Under the pieces are notes generated by a model that did not search any database, was not told the DNA's origin, and saw only the letters and a list, made by a program, of their open reading frames with translations. The position numbers and the translations under genes were made by a program. Below, piece by piece: positions 1 through 8,283 of a stretch of DNA of 64,000 bases. Origin of the DNA: a virus; IMG/VR virus record IMGVR_UViG_3300017963_007659, positions 122,315 to 186,314 of that record, one strand, 5' to 3'. Position 1 is the first letter of the stretch. Each line of letters begins with the position of its first letter.

Positions 1-1
1 A

Positions 2-2581
2 GGGATCATCGACACAGCAAAGATTCTCGCGGAGCTGTTCTCCCGTGGGGCTGGCGTCGGGACCTACCTCTCCTCTCTGCGTCCTCGCTTCGCCTACGTG
101 AAGGGTGTCAACGGACGCTCTTCCGGGGCTGTGAGCTGGGGGTCTCTGTACTCGCATCTCACGGGGCTCATTGAGCAAGGAGGCTGCGTCACTGGAGAGA
201 CTCTTGTAGCTACGTCTAAGGGTGATTTTCCAATCAAGAATCTTGTAGGAACGACACCAGACGTCTATTCTTATGACTGCTCCACAGAAAGGACTGTGCT
301 CAAAACAGCGAAGTGGGTGGGTAAGACCGGGGATAGTCAAAGAATCCTACGACTTACGACAACCCAGGGTCTTATTCTTGAAGCTACTCCTGACCATCTC
401 ATCCTGTGTGCTGACAAAAAGTATCGTCCTCTACAAGAATTGGAGGTAGGGACGGCACTGAATGTCGAGAGTGCTTCTATCCACCATGTCCAATCCGTAG
501 AAGACTGTGGGGAAGAAGACGTTTACGATCTCGAAGTCCCTGATACTCACAATTTCTTTGTATTCTCGAAGGGTTGTAAAGAGGGTGTCTTCATACACAA
601 CTCCCGTCGCGGTGCCGCAATGCTCGTTCTACACGTCTGGCACCCGGATGTGTACGAGTTCATTGAGTGCAAGAGGGAGCCCAAAGCTAAGCAGCTCGCT
701 CTCCTGGCTGACAAGCTCGAATACGGCTTTGGTCTCACGGAGTTCGCTCAAGAAGCCAGAGATCTCGCGGGGCAATGGCCAGCTCACATCCAGCACGCCA
801 ATCTCTCGGTTGGAATCACAGACGATTTCATGGAAGCTGTTATTCACGATCGGGACTGGCAGCTCGTCTTTCCTGATACGACAGTTCCGGAGTACACAGA
901 GAAGTGGGATGGGGACCTCAAGAAGTGGCAAGAGGAAGGTCATCCAATCAAAGTCCACAAGGTAGTCAAGGCGCGCGACCTGTGGAACAAGCTCATGTAC
1001 TCCGCGTGGGACTCGGCTGAGCCGGGAGTCATCTACATCGATACGGTCAACAGTGAGAGTACCTCATGGTGGTACTGCAACATGCTGGCGACGAACCCTT
1101 GCGGAGAGCAGCCTCTCCCGAGCTGGTACGGTGTCTGTAACCTTGGAGCAATCAATCTCCCTCGCTTCCTCATGGAGGATCCAGACGACCCGAACAAAGT
1201 CATCCTTGACAAGGAAGCCTACAAGAATGCGATCCATGTCTCCATGCGCTTCCTGGACAACGTTATCGACACCACTCCCTACTTCTTCGATGAGCAAGAA
1301 TACAATGCGAAGCGTGAGCGTCGAGTTGGCTTGAGTCCCTTCATGGGGCTTGCCGAAGCTCTGGTCATTCTTGGTATTCGCTATGGGTCTGAGGAGGCGG
1401 TAGACTTCGTGGAGGAGGCTGGCTTGGTCGCGGCTTCAGAGTCCCTCAGAGCCAGCGTGGACCTCGCAGAAGAGAAGGGCTGCTGTGATGTGTTGGCTAC
1501 TCCAGAGGACCGGGAGAAGTTCTTGGAGAGTCTGTATGTGCAACGTATTCTCCGGTATCTGCCTCCAGAGGACAACCAGGACTTGCAGTCACGGATTCGT
1601 GAGCATGGAGCCAGGAACGTGAGCTTCACGACCTCAGCGCCTACCGGGACCATCGGGACCATGGTGGCAACGTCTACCGGAATCGAGCCCTTCTTTCGTT
1701 TCGAGTACCGCCAGAACACCAATCTCGGAACCCATATCAAACGAGAGCGTGTTCTGGATGAATGGTATAGGCAACACGGTGAGAGCGCTGCTGTTCCGGA
1801 TTACTTCGTGAGCGCTGGGGAGCTGACTCCAAAAGAGCACCTCGTCATGACTGCTGCGCTCCAGCGGTGGATTGACTCAGGTATCAGTAAGACCTACAAC
1901 CTACCACAGGAGTATACACCAGAGGACATCGGAAAGATCTACATGGAGATCTGGAAACGTCGATGTAAGGGAGGCACGGTCTTCCGTGAAGGGTCTCGTA
2001 CCGTTCAGGTTCTTGAGAGTCTCGACCCCAAGGAGAAGAAGACGTTCGAGATGAGCTTCCCGGAGAAGACTCCTGGACCGCCGAAGGGGGACAAGAAAGA
2101 TGGTTCCACGTGGTCCATCGACTCTCCCTCTGGTACCCTGCACGCTACGTTCAATCAGTATCCGACGCCAGACAACCCCTTCGAGACATTCCTGAGAATT
2201 GGGAAGGCAGGCTCTGATGTTGGAGCTATGACCGAAGCTTTCGGACGTGTCATCTCCCTCTTCCTCCAGATGAGAGGTCCAATCCGGCCCACAAGACGCT
2301 GTGAGCTTCTTGTCGAGCAGCTTGAGGGGATCGGTGGTCGAGACCAGGTTGGCTTCGGTCCAAATAAGATTCGTTCGATCCCTGATGCGATTGCTAAGTC
2401 GATAAGTCGACATTTGCAGTCAATAGTAGGTAGGGACGATGACTTGTCATGCTCAGAAGATGAAGAAGAGAAACCAGCTTCAACTCATGGCTTGGATATG
2501 TGTCCCGAGTGTGGTAATCTCGGATTGCGGTCGGAGGAAGGGTGCACGAGCTGCGCCTTCTGCGGCTATAGCAAATGCTGA
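2..2581 (+). CDS. nrdJ: Class II (B12-dependent) ribonucleotide reductase, 5'-truncated by window edge, with mini-intein and C-terminal TSCPD/Zn-ribbon domain
   Basis: Frame is open from nt 2 (GIIDTAKILAELFSRGAGVG...). Motifs: TNPCGEQPL, CNLGAINL, RRVGL, SAPTGTIG, TSTGIEP, DSGISKTYN; ends CPECG..EEGCTSCAFCGYSKC. Confidence 0.93.
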   Translation, partial: GIIDTAKILAELFSRGAGVGTYLSSLRPRFAYVKGVNGRSSGAVSWGSLYSHLTGLIEQGGCVTGETLVATSKGDFPIKNLVGTTPDVYSYDCSTERTVLKTAKWVGKTGDSQRILRLTTTQGLILEATPDHLILCADKKYRPLQELEVGTALNVESASIHHVQSVEDCGEEDVYDLEVPDTHNFFVFSKGCKEGVFIHNSRRGAAMLVLHVWHPDVYEFIECKREPKAKQLALLADKLEYGFGLTEFAQEARDLAGQWPAHIQHANLSVGITDDFMEAVIHDRDWQLVFPDTTVPEYTEKWDGDLKKWQEEGHPIKVHKVVKARDLWNKLMYSAWDSAEPGVIYIDTVNSESTSWWYCNMLATNPCGEQPLPSWYGVCNLGAINLPRFLMEDPDDPNKVILDKEAYKNAIHVSMRFLDNVIDTTPYFFDEQEYNAKRERRVGLSPFMGLAEALVILGIRYGSEEAVDFVEEAGLVAASESLRASVDLAEEKGCCDVLATPEDREKFLESLYVQRILRYLPPEDNQDLQSRIREHGARNVSFTTSAPTGTIGTMVATSTGIEPFFRFEYRQNTNLGTHIKRERVLDEWYRQHGESAAVPDYFVSAGELTPKEHLVMTAALQRWIDSGISKTYNLPQEYTPEDIGKIYMEIWKRRCKGGTVFREGSRTVQVLESLDPKEKKTFEMSFPEKTPGPPKGDKKDGSTWSIDSPSGTLHATFNQYPTPDNPFETFLRIGKAGSDVGAMTEAFGRVISLFLQMRGPIRPTRRCELLVEQLEGIGGRDQVGFGPNKIRSIPDAIAKSISRHLQSIVGRDDDLSCSEDEEEKPASTHGLDMCPECGNLGLRSEEGCTSCAFCGYSKC
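185..601 (+). mobile_element. Mini-intein (139 aa, no homing endonuclease) in NrdJ
   Basis: QGG|CVTGETLV...VYDLEVPDTHNF...IHN|SRRGA; removal restores the conserved QGGSRRGA motif. Confidence 0.92.
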
Positions 2582-2587
2582 GGTGCT

Positions 2588-2869
2588 ATGAAAGGGAACC
2601 GAATGATTCTGACGTCTTACGAATGGGGTGAGCGCATCGACTACTTCATCCAAGAGGTGGAGAGCAATAGCACTCACCCCGTATCGATGATGGCTGACCT
2701 CGCTTTCTTGTATCGCCACATCGATGGGGAAGTGTTCGAGAGGTCAGAAGAGAACAATGATCGAGTCGACAGGTTGGTGGAGGCGTGCACGGTTGCAGGC
2801 GTCTCCATCGATGGTGTGGCTAAGATTGTGGAACAACAACGGTTTTTTGAAGCTAAGAGGAGAAGCTGA
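2588..2869 (+). CDS. Hypothetical protein
   Basis: 93-aa ORF packed between neighbours, with GAGGT RBS-like sequence upstream. Confidence 0.7.
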   Translation: MKGNRMILTSYEWGERIDYFIQEVESNSTHPVSMMADLAFLYRHIDGEVFERSEENNDRVDRLVEACTVAGVSIDGVAKIVEQQRFFEAKRRS

Positions 2870-3201
2870 TGGGGAAAATAAAGTACGGCAACAAGAAAAG
2901 TCACGGTGGTGCGATGGCAAAAGCCATGGTCGTTGGGATGGAGAAGAGGCATGCTCACGCGCAGACGGCGAAGCGAAAGAGGATCTTCAGTAGATTCATG
3001 AAGACAGAGAAGGGTCGGCAGGTCGCGGCGCAGATTGAAGCTGGAGCCCTCCCTGCCGAGAGCATCGAAGTCGATGGCAACAACATCGAAGTCAAGGCGA
3101 CCGTCAATCCAGAGGTTGCAGAGGACACTTCCTCCGATGAAGGCTCAGAAAACGAGTCAAAGGATCAGGAGGAGGAAGGCGATGAGCGAACGGAAGATTG
3201 A
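2869..3201 (+). CDS. Hypothetical protein (basic N-terminus, acidic C-terminus)
   Basis: Start overlaps the upstream stop (TGATG); phage-like codon use. Confidence 0.7.
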   Translation: MGKIKYGNKKSHGGAMAKAMVVGMEKRHAHAQTAKRKRIFSRFMKTEKGRQVAAQIEAGALPAESIEVDGNNIEVKATVNPEVAEDTSSDEGSENESKDQEEEGDERTED

Positions 3202-3514
3202 CTTCGTTGACGGTGATGTCGTGCTGTTCCTGTCTGGAGGCGTGGCGGTTCGCCGAGATGGTGTGGGGATGTATCGGGTGGATATCCGAGATGAGCCACA
3301 TACCATCCAAATCTACTACCATGCAGGTGTTGGCTTTATCAACATAAACGATAACAGTCGTGACACAAGGATGCGCCTGCTTCTTCCGAGGGGGCTTGGG
3401 TCCAATCTTGAAGACGATATCGTCAGTGCTATGCTGGAGTTGGAGATCCTCTCTCAGATCAACAGCGACAAGGCTCAGAAGGGCAAGCTGCCTGACGGTT
3501 GGGCGAAGAAATGA
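3182..3514 (+). CDS. Hypothetical protein
   Basis: ATG at 3182 after GGAGG; in frame with track ORF 3035..3514. Confidence 0.65.
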   Translation: MSERKIDFVDGDVVLFLSGGVAVRRDGVGMYRVDIRDEPHTIQIYYHAGVGFININDNSRDTRMRLLLPRGLGSNLEDDIVSAMLELEILSQINSDKAQKGKLPDGWAKK

Positions 3515-3651
3515 CCTCTTCCAACGAGAAGTCCTATCGTGCCGTTGAGATGGCTAAGGTGTCTGCGCGCTATCGTCTCCGACTCGTCCGTAAGGTCATT
3601 GAAAAGCTAGACAAGAAAGCCTCAAGTAGAACCTCCGTTTCCGCACACTAA
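3511..3651 (+). CDS. Small hypothetical protein (46 aa), not in ORF track
   Basis: ATGA overlap with upstream stop; MTSSNEKSYRAVEMAK...SAH. Confidence 0.4.
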   Translation: MTSSNEKSYRAVEMAKVSARYRLRLVRKVIEKLDKKASSRTSVSAH

Positions 3652-3721
3652 CACCTCCTACGTTACTATGCGGTTCCACTGTTATCGAAATCCAGTCAAA
3701 GTACAGTAAGTGAGAAGACAG

Positions 3722-4201
3722 ATGGCAAACAAAGAGGAAGAGCTGTACTACATTCAGGACACACGCAGTGTGGTAGGAGACTGCGTTCTGTGGTGGGGTC
3801 CAGACGGCAATGGCTACACCCTCAATATCGAAAGGGCTGGCCTATACACCTACAAGCAGGCGTCGAGCCATCGGGAAACCGACGTTCCTTGGCCAAAGTC
3901 CATGGTCGACAGCCTCATCTCTTCTCATGTGCATATCGACAGCTTGAGAACGGTTCCCACAGTTGAGGTCAAGCGGTGGAAAGGCGATTGGTACAAAACC
4001 ACACACCAGGTCGTCCGGACAACGGAAACGCAGATCCTCATTTCGTGCGGACAGCGAGAGGAGCGCTACAGTCGAAAGACGGGACGTCGCGTCGGAGCTT
4101 CCAAGCAAGGACTCCGGAGCGCGAGACTCCCGCGCATCGAAAAGAGAGAACTCAAGTGGCTTGAGTCGAGGCTCACGAACACGTGGAACAAAAAACGCTG
4201 A
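3722..4201 (+). CDS. Phage hypothetical protein
   Basis: ORF (YYIQDTRSVVGDCVLWWGPDGNGYT) preceded by the AGTCAAAGTA motif at 3694. Confidence 0.7.
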   Translation: MANKEEELYYIQDTRSVVGDCVLWWGPDGNGYTLNIERAGLYTYKQASSHRETDVPWPKSMVDSLISSHVHIDSLRTVPTVEVKRWKGDWYKTTHQVVRTTETQILISCGQREERYSRKTGRRVGASKQGLRSARLPRIEKRELKWLESRLTNTWNKKR

Positions 4202-4247
4202 AGTTTTGAGAGCAATTCTCAAAGAAAGGTAGTCAAAGTATATTGTC

Positions 4248-5429
4248 ATGAAGGTTTATCGCTCGACACGCTGTACCTTGAAGTACACCAATCCACACAA
4301 GCTGGACATCTTGTCTGAGATTATAGACGAGTACGGCAGGGTGGTGCGGTTGTACATCGACTTGTTCTGGGAAAAGTCGCGATACCTTCATAATAATGAC
4401 CTCTTGAAGCCTGTCATCGAATCAATCCCTCCGACGTGGCTGGGATATAAATTCAAAAGGGACGCGGCTCGTGAGGCTCTGCGAAACATCCGGTCTATAA
4501 CGAATAGACCAGGGACGCCACAAAAGAAGCCGAACTATAAAGGGCGGTCAATGACTCTCCATTTTGACACCGCCTATCTGACGGACTCCAAAAAGACAGA
4601 TTCTTTTGACGCCTGGTTTAGATTGCGTGGAGTTGGGAAGTATTCGGATACAGGAGAGGGGATATGCATCGCTTTTCCTATAAAATTCCACAAGCATTTC
4701 AATCAATTGAGCGCCAAAGGAAGGCGCGTCAATACTATCCATGTCTATCGGGACTCAGTACAATTCATCTTTGAACTTGAGACCGGGGAGAAGAGGACCA
4801 AGGGCAAGCAGGTCGGAGTCTACACAAATGGGGAGACTCTTGCCACTATCTCCGATGGCACGAAGTACGGTACGGACATCGGACGCTATGTCGATCGTGT
4901 ACAAAGATGCGTGCCTGGGTCAAAGGGCCACAGGAAGGCGCAGCGAGCGCTCAAACAGCGTCTGAATGAAGTAGTCAAAGAAATTGGGCGTAAGCATGTC
5001 AAGCTCTTTGTGCTTGAGCGTGCCAAACCCAAGAAGGATGCGATAGGCGGACGTTGCTCGCCAGAAAACAAGCAACGATCTCTCGGTATCTGGGCATACA
5101 CCTACTGGTTGGAGAGGTTTCATAGAGAGTGTGAGATGAGACGTTCTCGCTTTCGCTCTACCGCTCCTGTATATACCAAGACGTGTTGTTCAGCATGTGG
5201 AAGTACCGAGAGGAGTAATCTGTCCGGTGAAACGTTCCTGTGTACCACATGTGGTCATAGGAGCAAAGCAGCAGTGAACGTTGCTCAAAACACTTTGGAC
5301 AGGTATCTCTCTGGACCCTACGGTGCCAGATTCAAACCCGGACGCTCTGGAAAACGAGGTCAGGGAACGGTATTTGTACAATCGCCTATCTCTCAAAAAC
5401 AGGGATCGACGAAAGGACTACAAGAATGA
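4248..5429 (+). CDS. TnpB-like protein with inactivated RuvC (TldR-like, nuclease-dead)
   Basis: TnpB layout with CCSAC/CTTC zinc finger and GPYGARFKP tail. RuvC-I reads VGVYTN (D to Y), RuvC-II VLE retains E, RuvC-III reads KAAVNVAQN (D to A). Confidence 0.8.
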   Translation: MKVYRSTRCTLKYTNPHKLDILSEIIDEYGRVVRLYIDLFWEKSRYLHNNDLLKPVIESIPPTWLGYKFKRDAAREALRNIRSITNRPGTPQKKPNYKGRSMTLHFDTAYLTDSKKTDSFDAWFRLRGVGKYSDTGEGICIAFPIKFHKHFNQLSAKGRRVNTIHVYRDSVQFIFELETGEKRTKGKQVGVYTNGETLATISDGTKYGTDIGRYVDRVQRCVPGSKGHRKAQRALKQRLNEVVKEIGRKHVKLFVLERAKPKKDAIGGRCSPENKQRSLGIWAYTYWLERFHRECEMRRSRFRSTAPVYTKTCCSACGSTERSNLSGETFLCTTCGHRSKAAVNVAQNTLDRYLSGPYGARFKPGRSGKRGQGTVFVQSPISQKQGSTKGLQE

Positions 5430-5773
5430 CCTACTGTTGTCCTCTATGTGACCTGGAGATCACCAAGGACCGTCCGTACTGTAGCAACATGTACTGCACC
5501 GTCGGCTACTACAACTGTCTATCCATGAACTGTCTATCCATGCCAGATGCTCCAGACATGGAGGATGTCGACAATCCTCTGGATAAACGGGAAGCTCTCA
5601 ATCGAAAGCAGGGTTCCTATTTTGGAGTGGATGCGGCTTCTCAGTGGCTACTGGAGAGAGCAGCATATTCTTTCACGAAGAATCAGGATGACACAGCGCG
5701 CACTCTCAGGGAGGCAGCTACCCTGATGCGTGACTCCAAGAAGGATATCCTCGCAGACTCGAACGAAGGGTAA
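5426..5773 (+). CDS. Hypothetical protein with N-terminal Cys cluster
   Basis: ATGA overlap; CCPLC...YCSNMYC. Confidence 0.65.
   Translation: MTYCCPLCDLEITKDRPYCSNMYCTVGYYNCLSMNCLSMPDAPDMEDVDNPLDKREALNRKQGSYFGVDAASQWLLERAAYSFTKNQDDTARTLREAATLMRDSKKDILADSNEG
5513..5542 (+). repeat. Perfect 15-nt tandem duplication (NCLSM x2)
   Basis: AACTGTCTATCCATG twice. Confidence 0.95.
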
Positions 5774-5829
5774 GTCCTCGGTTATTGTGATTTAGGGGCA
5801 TTTTACGCCTCTGGACACAACGAGGCTTC

Positions 5830-6846
5830 ATGGTTGCTACCAAACCACCGGACTACATCTACAAGGATATTCCCCGATCCACCGCTGAAGCTGTTCAGAA
5901 CAACGCCTATGAGGAGTCCCTCGTCCTCGTCAAGTCCGCCATCCAGCACTACCTTAATCAGTTTTTCGATTCAGATGGGAAGTATCGAAGACTTGTAGAG
6001 TCTGTGTGCCCAACTGTAGGACAATTCGTTACAGACGTTCGTGTCCCTCGGCCTGGAGAATACGAAGACCCAACAAAGTACAAAATTCAGATCGCTCGGA
6101 TGTGGCAAGGTCTCAAGCAGCGTCTTCCTTGCATCGTCATTGCGGAGACTGGCTGGACTCGTCAGAACTCTCTGAGTGACATCTCGGGTGGTATCTCCGT
6201 GCCGGGGACCGATGGGCTCCAGCACTCTCCGTTGTGGCTCAGCAACTTCCTCATGGGGAGCATCGATATTCTTGTAGGGGCGTTGGATGAACATACGACA
6301 GGGCAGATAACTTCCCAACTTATCAATATCTTTGGGCCTTTGAAGGAGTTCACCAAAGAGACAATCTTGAAGCCGACGACACCTACAGGTGGGTCAACCT
6401 GGGAAGTTCGGCTTCCGATGAATCAAACCATCAGCTCCAGAGAGCGAATCAACATCGGAGATGACCCTGTCTCGTCGCTGTGGTCGGCTACGCTGTCCTT
6501 GGATGACGTCCACTTCGAGGGGTCAACACCTCTCGATATGGAGGCTGCTGTTCCGACGGAGCCCGATTATGGTCCGAATACCCCTGTAGACAGCGATGAC
6601 TTCCCTGACACCACAATCGTTGTTTCCTCTCCGGTTAAGTTGGGGAGAGCCCAACCATTCCGTGTAGTTAACGAACGCTACAGCGCCGTCATCTACAGCG
6701 ACAATCCCCGTGTGGCACTGATACGGGGCTACACCATCATCCCTAGGAAAGTTGGTACATTTAATATAGTCGTGGCTAATGGTAATAGTGTTGGTCTTGA
6801 GGCCGACATCTTTGCAAAGCAAGAGGTGTCTGTGGCACTTATATAG
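5830..6846 (+). CDS. Putative virion structural protein (tail completion/terminator-like) with C-terminal Ig-like segment; last 29 codons supplied by the TnpB element
   Basis: 338-aa ORF just upstream of the sheath gene, preceded by a GGTTAT motif at 5780. Function is inferred from context only. Confidence 0.55.
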   Translation: MVATKPPDYIYKDIPRSTAEAVQNNAYEESLVLVKSAIQHYLNQFFDSDGKYRRLVESVCPTVGQFVTDVRVPRPGEYEDPTKYKIQIARMWQGLKQRLPCIVIAETGWTRQNSLSDISGGISVPGTDGLQHSPLWLSNFLMGSIDILVGALDEHTTGQITSQLINIFGPLKEFTKETILKPTTPTGGSTWEVRLPMNQTISSRERINIGDDPVSSLWSATLSLDDVHFEGSTPLDMEAAVPTEPDYGPNTPVDSDDFPDTTIVVSSPVKLGRAQPFRVVNERYSAVIYSDNPRVALIRGYTIIPRKVGTFNIVVANGNSVGLEADIFAKQEVSVALI

Positions 6847-8088
6847 CTCAGAGAGGGTTAGATAGCTAGTAGGCGCATAGAGCAGCAATCACATAGAAAT
6901 TTAATGTTTGTGGCACATAAAATAGCGTTATCTCCTACCCCAGATCAGGAGACGTACTTCAGGAAAGCAGCAGGTACAGCGCGCTTCGCTTATAATTGGG
7001 CTTTAGACCAATGGGTATCTCTTTACCGATTGGGAGAAAAGCCAAGTGAAGCTATGATCCGAAAAAACTTAAACAAGATCAAGTATATTGAATTCCCTTG
7101 GATGAAAGACGTTTCAAAAACGGTACCACAACAATCGATTAAAAATCTGGGAAAGGCTTTCAACAACTTTTTCAATAAGCGTGCTAAATACCCGAAATAT
7201 AAGAAACTTGGGAGGCATGACGCATTCCGTGCGGATAATGGTCCTCAAACTAAAGGAGCCGATGCGGTCCAGGTTAATGGAAAATCAGTCGGCATACCAA
7301 AACTCGGCTGGGTACGAATGCGAGAAGCGCTTCGTTTTGAAGGCCAAATAAAGTCCGCTACGATCTCACGAAGAGCCCAGCGGTGGTACATCAGTTTTTT
7401 GGTTGATAGCCCGCTTTGCTCCTTCCAGCGCGAAAACCAAGCAGTTGGAGGAGTAGACCTTGGTCTTCGTTGGATGGCTGTTACAAGCGATGGTGTCTTC
7501 TATGAGAATCCGAAGCCGCTGAAAGCTAACTTGAGGAAGCTTAAGAGACTACAGCGACAACTTCGCAACAAGAAGAAGGGGTCGAACAGACGGACGCGAC
7601 TCCAACATCGGATCGCGGAGCTTCATGTGAGAATCGCTGATATCAGAAAAGATGCTCTGCATAAGGCGACGACATCCTTGGTTAGAGATTACTCTACAAT
7701 TGTTATCGAAGACCTAAATGTAGTGGGGATGCTGAAGAATCGTTATCTCTCCAGAGCTGTCTCGGATGTGGGATTGTACGAATTCCGTCGTCAACTTGAG
7801 TACAAAGCGAAGTGGTATGGGACAAAAGTCCTCTTAGCAGATCGTTGGTTCCCTTCCAGCAAACTCTGTTCGTGTTGTGGCTATAAGTACTCAGAACTAA
7901 AGCTTGGAATGGAATCGTGGGTGTGTCCTGTCTGTAAGACAGAGCATGATAGAGACCGGAACGCAGCTATCAATCTACGGGAAGTTCTCCCGGAAGTTAC
8001 GCACGTGGAGACCACGTCCTCTACTTCTCTAGCTGGACTAGAGAAGCAAGGCAGGTCGATGAAGCGTGAACTTGTTGAAAGAGAACGG
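6756..8088 (+). mobile_element. Non-autonomous TnpB element (1333 bp, no TnpA), IS607-like GG junctions, carrying a recoded host-gene 3' end
   Basis: Left junction GTTGG|TACATTT, right junction GAGAACGG|TACTTTT. GG-to-GG removal restores an intact 338-codon gene. The element is visibly more AT-rich than its flanks. Confidence 0.85.
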
Positions 8089-8097
8089 TACTTTTAA
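6904..8097 (+). CDS. tnpB: RNA-guided endonuclease TnpB, catalytic triad intact
   Basis: N-terminal HTH (AGTARFAYNWAL), GGVDLG, VIEDLNV, WFPSSKLCSCC...CPVC, HDRDRNAAIN. Confidence 0.95.
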   Translation: MFVAHKIALSPTPDQETYFRKAAGTARFAYNWALDQWVSLYRLGEKPSEAMIRKNLNKIKYIEFPWMKDVSKTVPQQSIKNLGKAFNNFFNKRAKYPKYKKLGRHDAFRADNGPQTKGADAVQVNGKSVGIPKLGWVRMREALRFEGQIKSATISRRAQRWYISFLVDSPLCSFQRENQAVGGVDLGLRWMAVTSDGVFYENPKPLKANLRKLKRLQRQLRNKKKGSNRRTRLQHRIAELHVRIADIRKDALHKATTSLVRDYSTIVIEDLNVVGMLKNRYLSRAVSDVGLYEFRRQLEYKAKWYGTKVLLADRWFPSSKLCSCCGYKYSELKLGMESWVCPVCKTEHDRDRNAAINLREVLPEVTHVETTSSTSLAGLEKQGRSMKRELVERERYF

Positions 8098-8108
8098 CAT
8101 AGTGGTTG
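7985..8108 (+). ncRNA. Predicted TnpB omegaRNA 3' scaffold plus about 20-nt guide (guide begins 8089); 5' boundary approximate
   Basis: Hairpins ACGTGG/CCACGT (8003-8017) and CTTCTCTAG/CTAGAGAAG (8024-8046); long-range AAGTT-ACGC/GCGT-AACTT pairing; ends at GAGAACGG. The guide is placed by the known TnpB rule (sequence 3' of the right end). Confidence 0.7.
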
Positions 8109-8179
8109 CTGATGGCAACTCCACAGGGCTCGAAGCTAGAATTTTTGCAACTCAGGAAGTCTCTGTATCTCTCATATGA
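8089..8179 (+). pseudogene. Displaced original 3' end (29 codons plus stop) of the 5830..6846 gene
   Basis: Reads TFNIVVADGNSTGLEARIFATQEVSVSLI* versus TFNIVVANGNSVGLEADIFAKQEVSVALI* at 6756..6846; both are 91 nt. Confidence 0.92.
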
Positions 8180-8283
8180 TCTGGTCGCACGGATGCGTCT
8201 TATAAAGACGACCTCTCTAGAGCGAGGTTATCTTTAGACGATATCGATGAAATTGACCAAATAAGAACGGAGCGTTCAGAACC

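Noticed and set aside
5365-5390. GAACGG|TATTTGTACAATCG as right end and guide of the dead TnpB, targeting TTGTACAA at 20346
   Set aside because: Only 8 nt match and the first guide positions mismatch; the 6-mer boundary similarity may be chance in a different TnpB subfamily.
6756-8088. IStron (group I intron plus TnpB) explanation for the insertion
   Set aside because: Only 57 nt lie between the recoded tail and the tnpB start, too short for a group I core; the recoded tail makes splicing unnecessary.
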